Source: Squalus acanthias
Taxonomy: Eukaryota
Assembly: GCA_030390025.1 (NCBI GenBank)
Contig: CM059437.1
Location: forward strand, 24,118,001 to 24,182,000
Direction of reading: 5' to 3'
DNA length: 64,000 nt
Under the pieces are notes generated by a model. It made no database searches, was not told the DNA's origin, and saw nothing but the letters and a program-made list of their open reading frames with translations. This document shows, one piece after another, positions 28,742 through 40,659 of this stretch (its first letter is position 1; each line of letters opens with the position of its first letter). A program made the position numbers and the translations under genes.

Positions 28742-29122
28742 CGCATTGTCCGGCTGCTGCCCATCCAGTGCCCGGGTAACGAAGGGTTGCGGGCAGCCTT
28801 TGAAGGCGAAATCCTCCAGCTCCTTCAGCAGCCGCTCCTTCTGGTCACTCTGAGCGTTGACGATCTGCTTGAGGCGGAACTGGACCTGGGCGAAGTGCGA
28901 GGTGAGGGCGAGCAGCGACGAGTTCAGCAGCTCCTGCTCGCCCTCCAGCCGTTGCATCTTCTCCGCCATCACCGCCGCTCCGCTCACCAGGCCGGCTTCG
29001 GGCGGCCCGGCTCGCTCCTTCTCCTTCTTCCCCTCTTCCTCCTCGGGGCTCGCCACCGCCCCGACCGGGGCCCACCGCTCCCCGGCCAGCCTCTCGGAAT
29101 CCGACAGAGACATGTCGTCCAT
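28742..29122 (-). CDS. RUNDC1: RUNDC1 exon 1 (coding part)
   Basis: 381 bp; RWAPVGAVA and LLALTSHFAQVQFRLKQIV..ELEDFAFKGCP are RUNDC1 signatures; donor GTAAGG; lies in a CpG-rich island. The five exons sum to 1710 bp (569 aa plus stop). Confidence 0.95.
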
Positions 29123-29177
29123 CCTTAGCCCTCGATATTCGCGGCTCTTCCAACGGCTTCAAAACAACCAGAAACCG

Positions 29178-29235
29178 GCCGCCATTTTGCGGAAACAGCG
29201 TGCGTCTGACGTCATGACGCAACGCCATCACGTCA
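29178..29235 (-). promoter_or_regulatory. RUNDC1 proximal promoter motifs: YY1/TISU-like and CRE/ATF sites
   Basis: GCCGCCATTTTG 29178-29189; palindromic TGACGTCA 29207-29214; TGACGCAA 29215-29222; TCACGTCA 29228-29235; at the CpG island edge. Confidence 0.6.
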
Positions 29236-29258
29236 CTACCATGACATCACTCAGTAGC

Positions 29259-30192
29259 CATGATGTGGAGATGCCGTTAGACTGGGGTGGACAAATGTGA
29301 GAAGTCGCAGAACACCAGGTTATAGTCCAACAGCTTTATTTGAAATCACAAGCTTTCGGAGCGCTGCTCCTTCATCAGGTAAAGTGAAGAGATTCATATA
29401 GGCACAGCATATATAGTCAGAGAACACTGCCAGAAGATTACAGTTAATCTTTCCAACTGCCATTTATCACACCTCGGCAGAGAGATAATCACGGCAATCA
29501 AAGGTGTGGATGGTGTCCAAACAGGTCAGTCAGGAAAACATTACATCAAAGACAATGAGGTGGGGTCACAAGGGGTCAAATGTGGCAGATGCTGGGGTCT
29601 GTATGGAAAACAAAAAACTTTTTTTGCTGGAAATCACAGCAGGTCCGGCCGCATCTGTGTAGAGAGAACAAGCCAACGACGACTCGAGTCTGGATGACTC
29701 TACGTCAGGTGGGGTTACATGTAGCGTGACATGAACCCAAGATCCCGGTTGAGGCCGTCCTCATGGGTGCGGAACTTGGCTATCAGTTTCTGCTTGACGA
29801 TTTTGCGTTGTCGTGTGTCTCGAAGGCCGCCTTGGGGAACGCTTACCTGAAGATCGGAGGCTGAATATCCTTGACTGCTGAAGTGTTCCCCGACTGGGAG
29901 GGAACACTCCTGCCTGGCGATTGTTGTGCGGTGTCCGTTCATACGTTATCTCAGTGTCTGCATGGTCTCGCCGATGTACCATGCTCCGGGGCATCCTTTC
30001 CTGCAACGTATGAGGTAGACAACGTTGGCCGAGTCACATGAGTATGTACCATGTACCTGGTGGGTGGTGTCCTCACGTGTGATGATGGTATCTGTGTTGA
30101 TGATCTGGCATGTCTTGCAGAGGTTGCCGTGGCCGGGTTGTGTGGTGTCGTGGTCGCTGTTCTCCTGAAAGCTGGGTAATTTGCTGCGAACG
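29259..30192 (-). mobile_element. Penelope-like element (second family), 5'-truncated
   Basis: GIY-YIG remnant NVVYLIRCRKGCPGAWYIGETMQTLR..MNGHR..VGEHF..GLNRDLG; perfect 13-bp TSD atcactcagtagc at 29246-29258 and 30193-30205. Confidence 0.9.
29346..29382 (-). ncRNA. Minimal type I hammerhead ribozyme motif (intact core)
   Basis: Minus strand TTAC-CTGATGA-A-GGAGC-AGC-GCTCC-GAAA-GCTT-GTGA; palindromic AGCU stem III as in dimerising PLE hammerheads. Confidence 0.75.
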
Positions 30193-30385
30193 ATCACTCA
30201 GTAGCAACCAGGCTTTGGTGGCCACCAGGTAAATCCAGGGGTGCAAGACCATTCAGCCCCTCCTGGTTAAACTATTCGGAATGACCCTAAGGTCCCCCCC
30301 ACATTTCAGAATCCAGTTAACTGATTGCCTCCCCTTGCTCTATCTGAGACTCCATTCAATGTTCTGATCACTCTTTGGCTGATAC

Positions 30386-31632
30386 CAACAATAACTTGCA
30401 TTTATATAGCTCCTTTGGTCGTAAAACATCCCAAGGCACTTCACCGGAGCGATATCAAACAAAATTTGACACCGAGCCACCTAAAGAGATATTAGGACAG
30501 GTCACCAAAAGCTTGGCCAAAGTGGTAAGTTTTACCGAGCGTCTTAAAGGAAGAGAGTGATGCGGAGAGGTTTAGGGAAGAAATTCCAGAGATTAGGGCC
30601 CAGGAAGCTGAAGGCACAGCCGCCAATGTCGGAACGAAAAAAAAAAAATCGGGGATGCGCAAGAGGCCAGAATTGGAGGAGTATAGATATCTCGGAGGGT
30701 TGTAGGGCTGGAGGAGGTTACAGAGATAGGGAGGGGCGAGGCCATGGAGGGATTTGAAAACAAGAATGAGAATTTTTAAAATCGAGACGCTGCCGGACCA
30801 GGAGCCAATGTAGGCCAGCGAGCACAGGGGTGATGGGTGAACGAGACTTGGTGCAAGTTAGGATCTGGGCAGCAGAGTTTTGGATGACCTCAAGTTTATA
30901 GAGGGTACAAGGTGGGAGGCTGACCTGGATAGCATTGGAATAGTTGAGTCTGGAAGGTAATGAAGGCATGGATGAGGGTTTCAGCAGCAGATGAGCTGAG
31001 GCAGGGGCGGAGACAGACAATGCTACAGAGGTGGAAGTAGGCAGTCATGGTGATGGAGAGGATATGGGGTCAGAAGCTCAACTCAGGCCAGATAGGATGC
31101 CAAAGTTGCGAAAAGTTTGGTTCAGCCTCAGAGAGTGGCCAGGGAGAGGGATGGAATTGGTGACTAGGGAATCAGAGTTTGTGGCAGGGACCAAAGACAA
31201 TGGCTTCGGTTTTCCCAATTTAATTAGAGGAATTTTTTGCTCATCCAACACTGGATGTCAGACAAGAAGTGTGACAAATCAGAGGCAGTGAAGGGGTCGG
31301 GATAGGTGGTGGTGAGGTAGGGCTGGGTGTTGTCAGTGTGGAACCGGATGTTGTGTTTTTGGATGATGTTGCCAAGGGGCAACATGTAGATGAGAAATAG
31401 GAGGGGGCCAAGGACAGATCCTTGGGTGTTTTCAGAGGTAATGATGCGGGAGCGGGAAGAGAAGCCATTGCAAGAGATTTTCTGGCTACAACTGATAGGA
31501 ATGGAACCAGACAATGGCATGCCCACCCAGCTGGACAACGGAGGAGAGGCGTTGGAGGAGGATGGTGTGGTCAACCATTTCAAAGGCTGCAGACAGGTCG
31601 AGAAGGTTAAGGAGGGATAGTTCACCACAGTC
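30386..31632 (-). mobile_element. L2 LINE fragment
   Basis: [40 protein letters not shown]; tail ctatataaatgcaagtt. Confidence 0.88.
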
Positions 31633-32175
31633 CTAAATTTTCTTTGTATTAGTTTAAACCTGTAACCCCCTGGTCCTAATTTAAAGTAAATCTTCTGGGT
31701 TTATCTTTCCATATCATTTACAAACATGTCCACCTCTATAACATCTCTTGGATATCTCCTTTGAGGTTGGAGAGCCCACGTTTCTCCAGTCTTTTCTCAT
31801 TACGGAGACTTTTAATATTGGGGATCACCTTGGTTCTTCTTTGCACTGCCTCCAGTTTGATGAGGGAGTAGGGTTGTGCTCTTGCACAGGGAAGCTTAAG
31901 TTTCTTAGAGGTTTATGAAGCACTTTTCCCCCCTTTCCTATAGCAAGGCTATATGATCACAGGAGAGCAGCAAACCCAAGCCTAATCTTGTTGTCACACA
32001 ACATCTACACACAAGCACTTAACAGCAAGGTCCCTGGATAGCAATCAGGAATAGAAACCGTGTCTAATTTGTTTTCCTTTTACAAGCCCAGGGATGCAGA
32101 GGCGAACTTTAGTGGTACCTGCCCTCATCACAGTTCAGAGGTCAAACTTGGAATTCTCCTGGACTGTTTACTTAA

Positions 32176-32645
32176 AAGACTTGCATTTATATAGCACCTT
32201 TCACAACCTCAGGATGTCCAAAGCACTTTACAGCCAATTAAAGTAATTTTGAAGTGTTGTAGCTATTTTGGTGCACTTTTGAAGTGTTGTAATGTAGAAA
32301 GTGCAGCAGCCAATTTGCGCACACCCCACAAACAGCAATATGATAATGACCAGATAATCTGTTTTAGTTATGTTGGTTGAGGGATAAATATTGAACAGGA
32401 CACTGGGAAGAACTCACCTGCTCTTCTTTGAAGTAGTGCCATGGAATTTTTAAAATCCTCCTGAGAGGGCAAATAGGTCCTCAATCTAACGTTTCATCCG
32501 AAAAATGGCACCTCCGATAATGCAGCACTCCATTGGTACTGCACTGGAGTGTCAGCCTAGATTTTGTGCTCAAGTCTCTGGAGTGGGACTTGAAACCACA
32601 ACCTTCTGACTCAGAGGTGAGAGTGCTACCCACTGAGCCGACACT
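32176..32645 (-). mobile_element. DeuSINE (SacSINE1-like)
   Basis: Head, Deu domain and tail collinear with the other copies. Confidence 0.85.
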
Positions 32646-33761
32646 GTACTTGTACATTTGACAGTATTTCTGAAGTTTTTGTTGGTTTTATGAGCTGAAA
32701 TAACCATTGCTCAGATTTTGTCAGTCAAAAATATATGTATTTTTTAAACATACTTGCTAATGGTTTTCAGCACTGTTCAGGGGGTGGAAAAACAGCTGAT
32801 CTGGGATTGTATTGTGGCTCACTTCCTCCGTGCATGCACTAAAACATTACACAGGTACAGGGGATATTTTCCAAGCCCCAGCCATTTTTGATACTTTATT
32901 TGGTGCATTTTGTGCTATTTTGGAGGTTACCAGAATTCTGCTTTTCAAGTGAGAAAGGTTTACTGATATTTTAAGTATAAAAATAAAAGTAGTTGTAGGA
33001 ACTGCAATATAACTTTATAGAGTAAAATTAAAATAAATGTATTAATGCCCACTGCGAACGTACAGGGAAATCTGGCTCCAGCCTGGGTTTTGCAATCTAG
33101 TATACTCTTATTGATTTACCTTATTCCTCACATTTCATGTTGACTGCTCTAATATGGACTAATGTACACGCTCTTTCCCTGGTAACAAAGGGACCTCACC
33201 TATGTGTGCGCAAACAAACCAAAAACAGTAAGTTACAGAACATAATCAGGCACTATGACTCACACACAAATAAGCCAATGGTTCACAGTAGCTGTAGTAA
33301 AATCCTAAATGAGAAACAATGTAATTTGTTCTAATTAAATAAAACTCACCACCTCTTCTGCCCCACTCTTTATTCCCAAACTCCGGAAATTCTGTAAGTG
33401 CAATGAAAGGAATGCTCAATAACGCCAATTAATACTTCTTGCCAGGGAACATCTTCCTTATCTCAAAAAGTAGTTACAACTAGTCTTGAAAAAAAAACGT
33501 CACTCAATACAACAGCTGGGCAAATCCCAAAAAGTTTGTTTGAAGAAAATTTTAAAAGCTGCATTTTAGCAGCTTCCTTGTTATGTACAACATCTTTGCA
33601 GACAAACACTGAATAAAAGTATTGTTAACTGAATCTCTCAGAAACCATCAGCTCAGCTTAAACCTATTCTTCCCCAAATTTGTACACAACCAACAGTGGG
33701 AAACAAAACTGGTTTAACAACCTTCAATACCACCTACTAACCATCACAGTAAAAAAAAACC

Positions 33762-33873
33762 TAACTGATTTGATTGGTCCTGACAGTTTTCAGTTGTGCT
33801 TTCCAACTGATCTAATTGGTTCAGTTGACAACTTTTAATCCCAATGAAAAGGTTGTTTTTTTATGAACGGTTG
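33762..33873. promoter_or_regulatory. Cluster of MYB (YAACKG) and CCAAT motifs
   Basis: taactg 33762, cagttg 33791, caactg 33804, cagttg 33822, cggttg 33868; attgg 33773 and 33815; ccaat 33841. Confidence 0.4.
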
Positions 33874-34223
33874 ACAAGCTGACACATAGGTTGTCAATTT
33901 ACAAAACTGAAGGTTACCAGATACTTCACAAACAAGAGAAATGTTCTGTTTATCTCGTGCTTTATTTTAACTATAAAATTGTGCTCGTGGACTTAAAAAA
34001 ATGGCTTAGCTTCCTGTAATGTTGTCTCCTGTTCTATTATAATGCTTCTCAAGTAATGGTTTGCATATTTTATTAAATGTTTTTGTGAAAAATATCTAAA
34101 CATATCTATTATGCAGGTTCGCTGGTTCAATTTTAAATTAAAATTTACAACGAAATGACCATATTTAGAAGGGTTTCTTTATTTTGCTTTAAGAAGTTGT
34201 TTGAACAGTTGAGAATTTACTAG

Positions 34224-34460
34224 TACCATAGCAAAATACTGGGGATGCTGGAAAATTGAAACAACAACAGAAAACGCTGGAAAAACTCAGCAGGCCAGGC
34301 AACATCGGTGGAGAGAGAAACAGAGTTAACGTTTCAGGTCGAAACCCTTCGTCAGAACTCAGTTCAGTGACGAAGGGTTTCGACCTGAAACGTTAACTCT
34401 GTTTCTCTCTCCACGGATGTTGCCTGGCCTGCTGAGTTTTTCCAGCGTTTTCTGTTGTTG
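34224..34460. mobile_element. Fold-back Penelope pLTR mini-insertion
   Basis: 94-bp arms (34261-34354 and 34368-34461, one mismatch); 14-bp TSD tgagaatttactag at 34210-34223 and 34461-34474; homologous to 5250-5352. Confidence 0.88.
34323..34360 (-). ncRNA. Minimal type I hammerhead ribozyme motif (intact core)
   Basis: Minus strand GAGTT-CTGACGA-A-GGGT-TTCG-ACCT-GAAA-CGTT-AACTC: 5-bp stem I, UUCG-capped stem II, palindromic ACGU stem III, GUU triplet. Confidence 0.78.
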
Positions 34461-35028
34461 TGAGAATTTACTAGGCCTGGTGAACGAATCATCCTCAGTG
34501 CGGGAAGGAGAGGTGCTTCCGTGTTATATCGAGAGGTTTGCTGCAGCTTTTCTCTTGTGTATGTTAATTCAGATCCCTCCTACTGTCGGTTTCAGTAACT
34601 CCTCCATGATGTCATTTGGGGGGGAAAAAAAACGTTATTTTATTTTTGAATCAACAGAAAGTATTAAACGTCTTTTTAAATAGTTTTAATTTTTGAGAGC
34701 CAAACAGAAAACAAGGCAATTACTTTTGACAGACGCTTTTTGCACATATAATGGATGCATCTTACCTGCTTGATTTATTTGAATCTTATCTAACTTTGTG
34801 GAGGGATATCTAATCTGCTTTCACAAATGCACACATCTTCTATTTATTTAATTTAAGAGAAGTATGGTCCCACAGTGTTTTGATACAAAATGGAGCGTTG
34901 GTTTGTGAAACTCGAGGCAGGAATTTGTTTTCGAATATGTTTAACCAATCGATGAGACAGAACGGCAGGGGTCACGTTCGTTGTAAGGCTCAGACTTGCA
35001 GTCTTGTGTGCATTTGGCAGCTCCGGCG

Positions 35029-35219
35029 ATGGAGGGCAGCGCTTGGCTGCCGCTGTGGCTTTCCATTTCAGTCTGGGACGAGAGCTTCTGGCTTCCTCAC
35101 AACGTCAGCAGGGCACAGCTGGAAGATTCGCAGAACCCGTTCTACCCCCGGCTCAAGGATCTGTACTTTCTTCTGCCCTGGACTTGGGCGATCTACGTGT
35201 TGCGGCTTCTCTTTGAAAG
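35029..35219 (+). CDS. Ceramide synthase (CERS5/CERS6-like), exon 1
   Basis: 191 bp; MEGSAWLPLWLSISVWDESFWLPHNVS...YPRLKDL...LRLLFER; FWLP-N-x-S glycosylation motif; donor GTAAAG; CCAAT at 34945 upstream. Confidence 0.9.
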
Positions 35220-35735
35220 GTAAAGGGAGAGAGGGGGGGGGAATACACCCATGAGCAGAGTATGGCAAATTCAATCTTGTGTACGTGGATTTTTTTTTGG
35301 CAAGCTAGCACTCCCTTTTTACATAGGTTGTAAACTTCTGATGAACTATGTTTTGAAAGTACTTTATTTGGGAATTTCACTTTAAGCGAACCGCCCCCCC
35401 AACCAACCAAAAAAAAAAGACATCCTCATAATTGAAAAAGCGAGGCTGTGTCAGCTCAGCTCGAAACTCCCAACTTTACAAGTAGATGCCCTGGCAGTGT
35501 TCCGCCGACAGACGTCGCCAGGCAATTGCAGTTTATATACAGTGTCCATGCATGAACAGCCGTCTGACACTTGCAATCATAGACTCTTACAGCACAGAAG
35601 GAGGCCATTCCGCCCATCGTGTGTGCCCGTACTGGCTCTTTTTAAAGAGCTAGCCAGCTAGTCCCACACCCCTGCTCTTTCCCATAACGCTGCAATTTAT
35701 TCCCTTTCAAGTTGGTTTCATTTTTTTTAACAATT

Positions 35736-37131
35736 ACAACTTGAATTTATATAGCACCATTGACGTAGTAAAACATTCCAATGCGCTCCACAGGAGCGTT
35801 ATCCAACACAATTTGACACCGAGCCACATGAGATAATAGGACAGGTGGCCAAAGAGGTAGATTTTAAGGAGCCCCTTAAAGGAGGAGAGGCGGAGAGGTT
35901 TAGGGAGGGAATTCCAGAGCTTGGGGCCTCGGCAGCTGAAGGCACAGCCACCAATGCTGGAGTGATTTTGAAATAGGAAATGTGCAAGAGGCCAGAATTA
36001 GAGGAGTGCAGATATCTCGAGGGGGGGGAGGGTGGTTGTGGGGCTGGAGGAGGTTACAGAGATGGGGAGGGGTGAGGCCATGGAGGGATTTGAAAACAAG
36101 GATGAGAATCTTTAAATTGAGGCGATGCCAGACTGGGAGCCAATGTAGGTCAGAGAGCACAGGGGTGATGGGTGAACAGGACTTGGTGCGAGTTAGGATA
36201 TGGGCAGCAGAGTTTTGGAGGAGCTCAAGTCAATGGAGTGTGGAAGATGGGAGGCCTGACCAGGAGAGCATTAGGATAGTCAAGTCTAGAGGTAACAAAG
36301 GCATGGATGAGGGCTTCAGCAGCAGATGAGCTGAGGTGGGGCGGGGTCGGGCTATGTTACAGAGGTGGAAGTAGGCAGTCTTGATGATGGCACAGATATG
36401 TGATCGGAAGCTCCTCTCGGGGTCAGATACGACACCAAGGTTGTGAATGGTCTCTTTCAGCCTCAGACAGTTGCCAGGGAGAGGGATGGAATCAGTGGCT
36501 AGGGAACGGAGATTGTGGCGGGGACCAAAGACAATTGCTTCGATCTTGCCAATATTTAGTTGGAGGAAATTTCTACTCATCCAGTACTGGATGTTGGAGA
36601 AGCAGTCTGACAATTTAGAGACAGTGGAGGGGTCGAGGGAGGTGGTGGTGAGGTAGAGCTGGGTGCCGTCAGCGTACATGTGGAACCTGACGTTGTGTTT
36701 TTGGATGATGTCACCAAGAGTCAGAATTTAGATGAGAAATAGGAGGAGGCCAAGGATAGATCCTTGGGGGACTCCAGAGGTAACGGTGTGGAAGCGGGAA
36801 GAGAAGCCGTTGCAGTTAATTTCTGGCTAAGACTGGCTAAATAAGAATAGAACCAGGCGAGTGTAGTCCCAGCTGGACGACGGAGGTGTGGCTTTGGAGG
36901 GTATGGTGTGATCAACCGTGTCTAAGGCTGCAGACAGGACGAGGAGGGTTAGTTTACCATGGTCACAGTCACGTCGGATGTCATTTGTGACTTTGATCAG
37001 GGCCGTTTCAGTACTGTGGCTGCGGCGGACACCTGATTGGAAGGATTCAAACATGGAGTTCCGGGAGAGCTGGGCACAGATTTGGGAGGCGACAGCACTT
37101 TCATGAACTTTGGAGAGGAAAGGGAGGTTGG
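35736..37131 (-). mobile_element. L2 LINE fragment
   Basis: FQSG..HSTETALIKVTND, YADGTQLY, LHWLPVWHR. Confidence 0.9.
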
Positions 37132-38831
37132 AATAATAAAAATTATAAAGGGTGCAATTAATTTATGTTACAGTTGATATTTGCCAATGGATAATACATC
37201 ATTAAGTTGGAACATGTAGTGTCCTTCCATTATATCTTAAGTTTCAATGAATAAAGTTAAAACAAAATTTTGGATTGTAGCTCCACTAAAACTAATGAAC
37301 ACCTAATAATGAAAGGAGATACTTGTTGTTAAATCGCGTTTATTGTTAAAATGTATTATCATCTGCAAAGTTTTTTCCCCCCATTTTGTTGCTAATTTTC
37401 TTTGCTGCCCACCTCATCTAAAGGCATTAACTCCCTGCTGGGTACAGCTAAATGCTCTGTGGTGTACCTCACCCAAATGCCCATTATTCATGTGTGACCC
37501 TAGACAATGACTGTTAGTAACTTATTTGAATGTTGGGGTATCACAGCCAAACCCAATCCCATCCTCACTCAACCTCCATGCACATGCTTTACCAGCAGTG
37601 ATCCCTGGATAGCAATCAGAAATCAAACCTGGGCCCTTCTACAGCTCCGCTACCTCCTGGGTAAACTTGCTCAGACATTGGGATTGATCCGTGAAGTTTG
37701 AAAAGCTGGCAAAGTTATGGTACATGCAGGGTCACATCACACTCGCATGTACATACGCCAGACCAGTCAGGGTCCACATGATGTCAACTTTCTTTAACTT
37801 TAGAAAGTATATGAGGCATATATGGATGGTTGCATACATTTAGGAAGCATTACATAAAATCAGGAGTGAGACTATTACTTGGGTGGCAACACGCAGCGAT
37901 GGCAGACTTGGGACACTGGGACATGTGAGAGGGAGTTTCAAATTTACTTTGGTGTCTGGTATTAAACTGCATATTTAAGTATTATTTTGGTCAAGTTCCC
38001 TCGATCAAGAAGGACACAATTTCGATCCCTGTTCTGTGCCGAGTTAGTGGATCTAAAAATTGGGAGAGATGTAAGACGAGTTGCTAATTCGTTATTATCC
38101 ATTTTACAGTATCGCACAAAGTCAAAATTACCCCCACTGTCTCAGTTCAGAGTAGGATAAAATATTTCAACATAAGGCCATGGCCCACATGGAAATATGC
38201 CATTTGACATGGTTTGTTCAATAAGTTAGCAAAGGCAATGAAGGCATCTGCAGTATCCAGGTTTAGAATCAGCACAGCAGCAATGAATGACATTCCCTGC
38301 ACATATGCTAGATCAGGCAGTTCCTACTAGGCAGTTCAAGTAATGGCTACTTGGGTGAGGTACTGAAGGATGGATGGGATTCTCAGCAAACTTGTCCCTC
38401 TCTAATCAGTGAGTGCCGAGGCCACTTGTACTGCTGGCCTGGCTGAGATCAGCTAACACCTGAAGCTAAAACTTGGGACCTTCCTGCTCTAGGTGGCTTA
38501 GATACTCATTGTGCAAACTCAATAATCCATGAGAGACCCTTGTCAGTAACTTTCTGTGATCAACTACATGAAGATTAAGAGCAAACTGAACCTTTTCCGT
38601 GAGGTGCTTCTTGCCTCTGTCCCGTGGTGACTTACCCCATCTTGAATGTCTAAAAATGGAGTTGTGTATTAAATTTGCAGGACCAAGTCAATACCAAATA
38701 CGTAAAGAATTCTGATTTGTACCTTGTCCCCTCTCCCAGTAAAACCATTACAGGTTCAGTAATTGAGCCAAAACTAAGGATTGCAAATAGCACCTTCATA
38801 TCTCCAAGCCCAATGATTCTTGCCAACATAA

Positions 38832-39600
38832 AATCATAGAATTTTACAGAACAGAAGGAGACTATCTAGCCCCTTGCAGCTATGCCAACTCTCTGAATGA
38901 GCAATCCAATTCCCTTCTCTTTCCCCATACCCCTTTGTAAATTTCTCTTTTTCAAATATTTATCCATTTCCCTTTTTAAAAGCTACCAACAACAACAACT
39001 TGCATTTATATAGAATCATAGCGCCTTTAACCTAATAAAACGTCCCAAGGCACTTCACAGGAGCGTTACCAAACAAAATTTGACACCGAGCCACATAAGG
39101 CGATATTAAGGAGCGTCTTAAAGGAGGAGAGAGAAGTGGAGAGATTTAGGGAGGGAATTCTAGAGCTTAGGGCCGAGGCAGCTGAAGGCACGGCCTCCAA
39201 TGGTGGAGCGATTGCCATTGTTTCTGGTAGTGCATTGCATGTCCTAGCATTTTTCTCAGTTTATGAAAATAATTTCTTAACATCTCTCTTTGTTCTTTTG
39301 GCGAGCACCTTTAATTTATTCTCTCTAGCTACAAATTCACCACCTAGTGGAAATAGTTTTTCCTAATTTAGCTTATCAAAATGCTACATAATTTTGAACA
39401 TCTTTTTCAAATCTCTTACTCTTTTTTCATTTGAGCAGAGAAGGTTACCAGATTCTTCAGTTTCTCCTCATATATACGAATCATTTTAACAAATTGCTTC
39501 TGTACCCTCTCCATGGATTTGACATCCTCGCTAAAACTGAACATAACATAATAATGGGAACAATATACTAATGGGAACCTAACCAATGTATCAGTTTAGC
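38832..39600 (-). mobile_element. Old CR1 3' fragment with nested L2 3' end (about 38986-39212)
   Basis: CR1 tail (tatgattc) and degraded body interrupted by a caacaacaacttgcatttatatag L2 tail. Confidence 0.6.
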
Positions 39601-39761
39601 ATTTCTGCATTAACAAATACAGCTCCATATAAGGTGAATTTAATGAGATTCTTCCCTTGTCCCTATCAGTCTTTACCCACAGACCAGTACAACTCTCCTA
39701 CTCTGTTATCTTATCGATAGTTTCACTCTTCTATTCATCGAGTGAAACTTGTAATTATAAA

Positions 39762-40410
39762 TTACAAAGCGATTGGCTTTATTACAAAGGGATTGGAGTG
39801 TAAGAGTAGGGAAATCTTTCTGCAGTTGTATAGGACCTTGATGAGATGACACCTGGAGTACTGTGCACAGTTTTGGTCCCCTTACCTAAGGAAGGATATA
39901 CTTGCCTTGGAGGGAGTGCAACGAAGGTTCACCAGACTGGTTCCTGGGATGAGCAGATTGTCCTATGAGGAGTGATTGAGAAGACTAGGCCTATATTCCC
40001 TAGAGTTTAGAAGAATGAGAGGTGATCTCATTAAAACATAGAAGATTCTTAAGGGGCTTGACAGGGTAGATGCAGGGAGGATGTTTCCCCTGGCTGGGGA
40101 GTCTAGAACCAGGGGTCACAGTCTCAGAATAAGGGGTTGGCCATTTAGGACTGAGATGAGGAGAAATTTCTTCACTCAAAGAGTTGTGACTCTTTGGAAT
40201 TCTCTACCCCAGAGAGCTGTGGATGCTCAGTCGTTGAGTATATTCAAGACAGAGCTCGATAGATTTTTGGATACTAAGGGAACCAAGGGATATGGGGATA
40301 ATGCGAGAAGGTGGAGTTGAGGTAGAAGATCAGCCATGATCTTATTGAATGGCGGAGCAGGCTCGAGGGGCCAAATGGCCTACTCCTGCTCCTAATTCTT
40401 ATGTTCTTAC
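39762..40410 (+). mobile_element. CR1 3' part
   Basis: MFPLAGESRTRGHSLRIRG..RRNFFTQRV; (ttcttatg)n tail. Confidence 0.9.
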
Positions 40411-40569
40411 GTACCTCTTAGCTCTTCGTTGTGCTATGCAATGCAAAGATGTGGGATCAAACTCACATTTCCCCACTTGGTGAGTTTCAACCTCTACATT
40501 GCTGTCAATGGGAGTTGCTGGGCAGAGGCATTAGGGAGAGAGAGAAAACTGGAAGGCAAATCTCCTAAA

Positions 40570-40657
40570 TACTAGCTGCTGACTGTATAGTACTATTGAC
40601 AAATAGTGGTGGGAGAATGTAGAGCACTACTGACAAATATCATTGGCAGACTATATA
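40570..40657 (+). repeat. Degenerate ~34-bp minisatellite, segment 1
   Basis: Units of the form gactgtagagcactattgacaaatattagtggca. Confidence 0.7.
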
Positions 40658-40659
40658 GT

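Noticed and set aside
29159-29161. Selenocysteine or programmed readthrough of the uORF UGA
   Set aside because: No SECIS identified and the UGA context (UGA-AGC) is not a known readthrough motif.
28667-29300. Long plus-strand and alternative-frame ORFs over RUNDC1 exon 1
   Set aside because: Shadow ORFs of a GC-rich coding exon; no recognisable protein or splice support.
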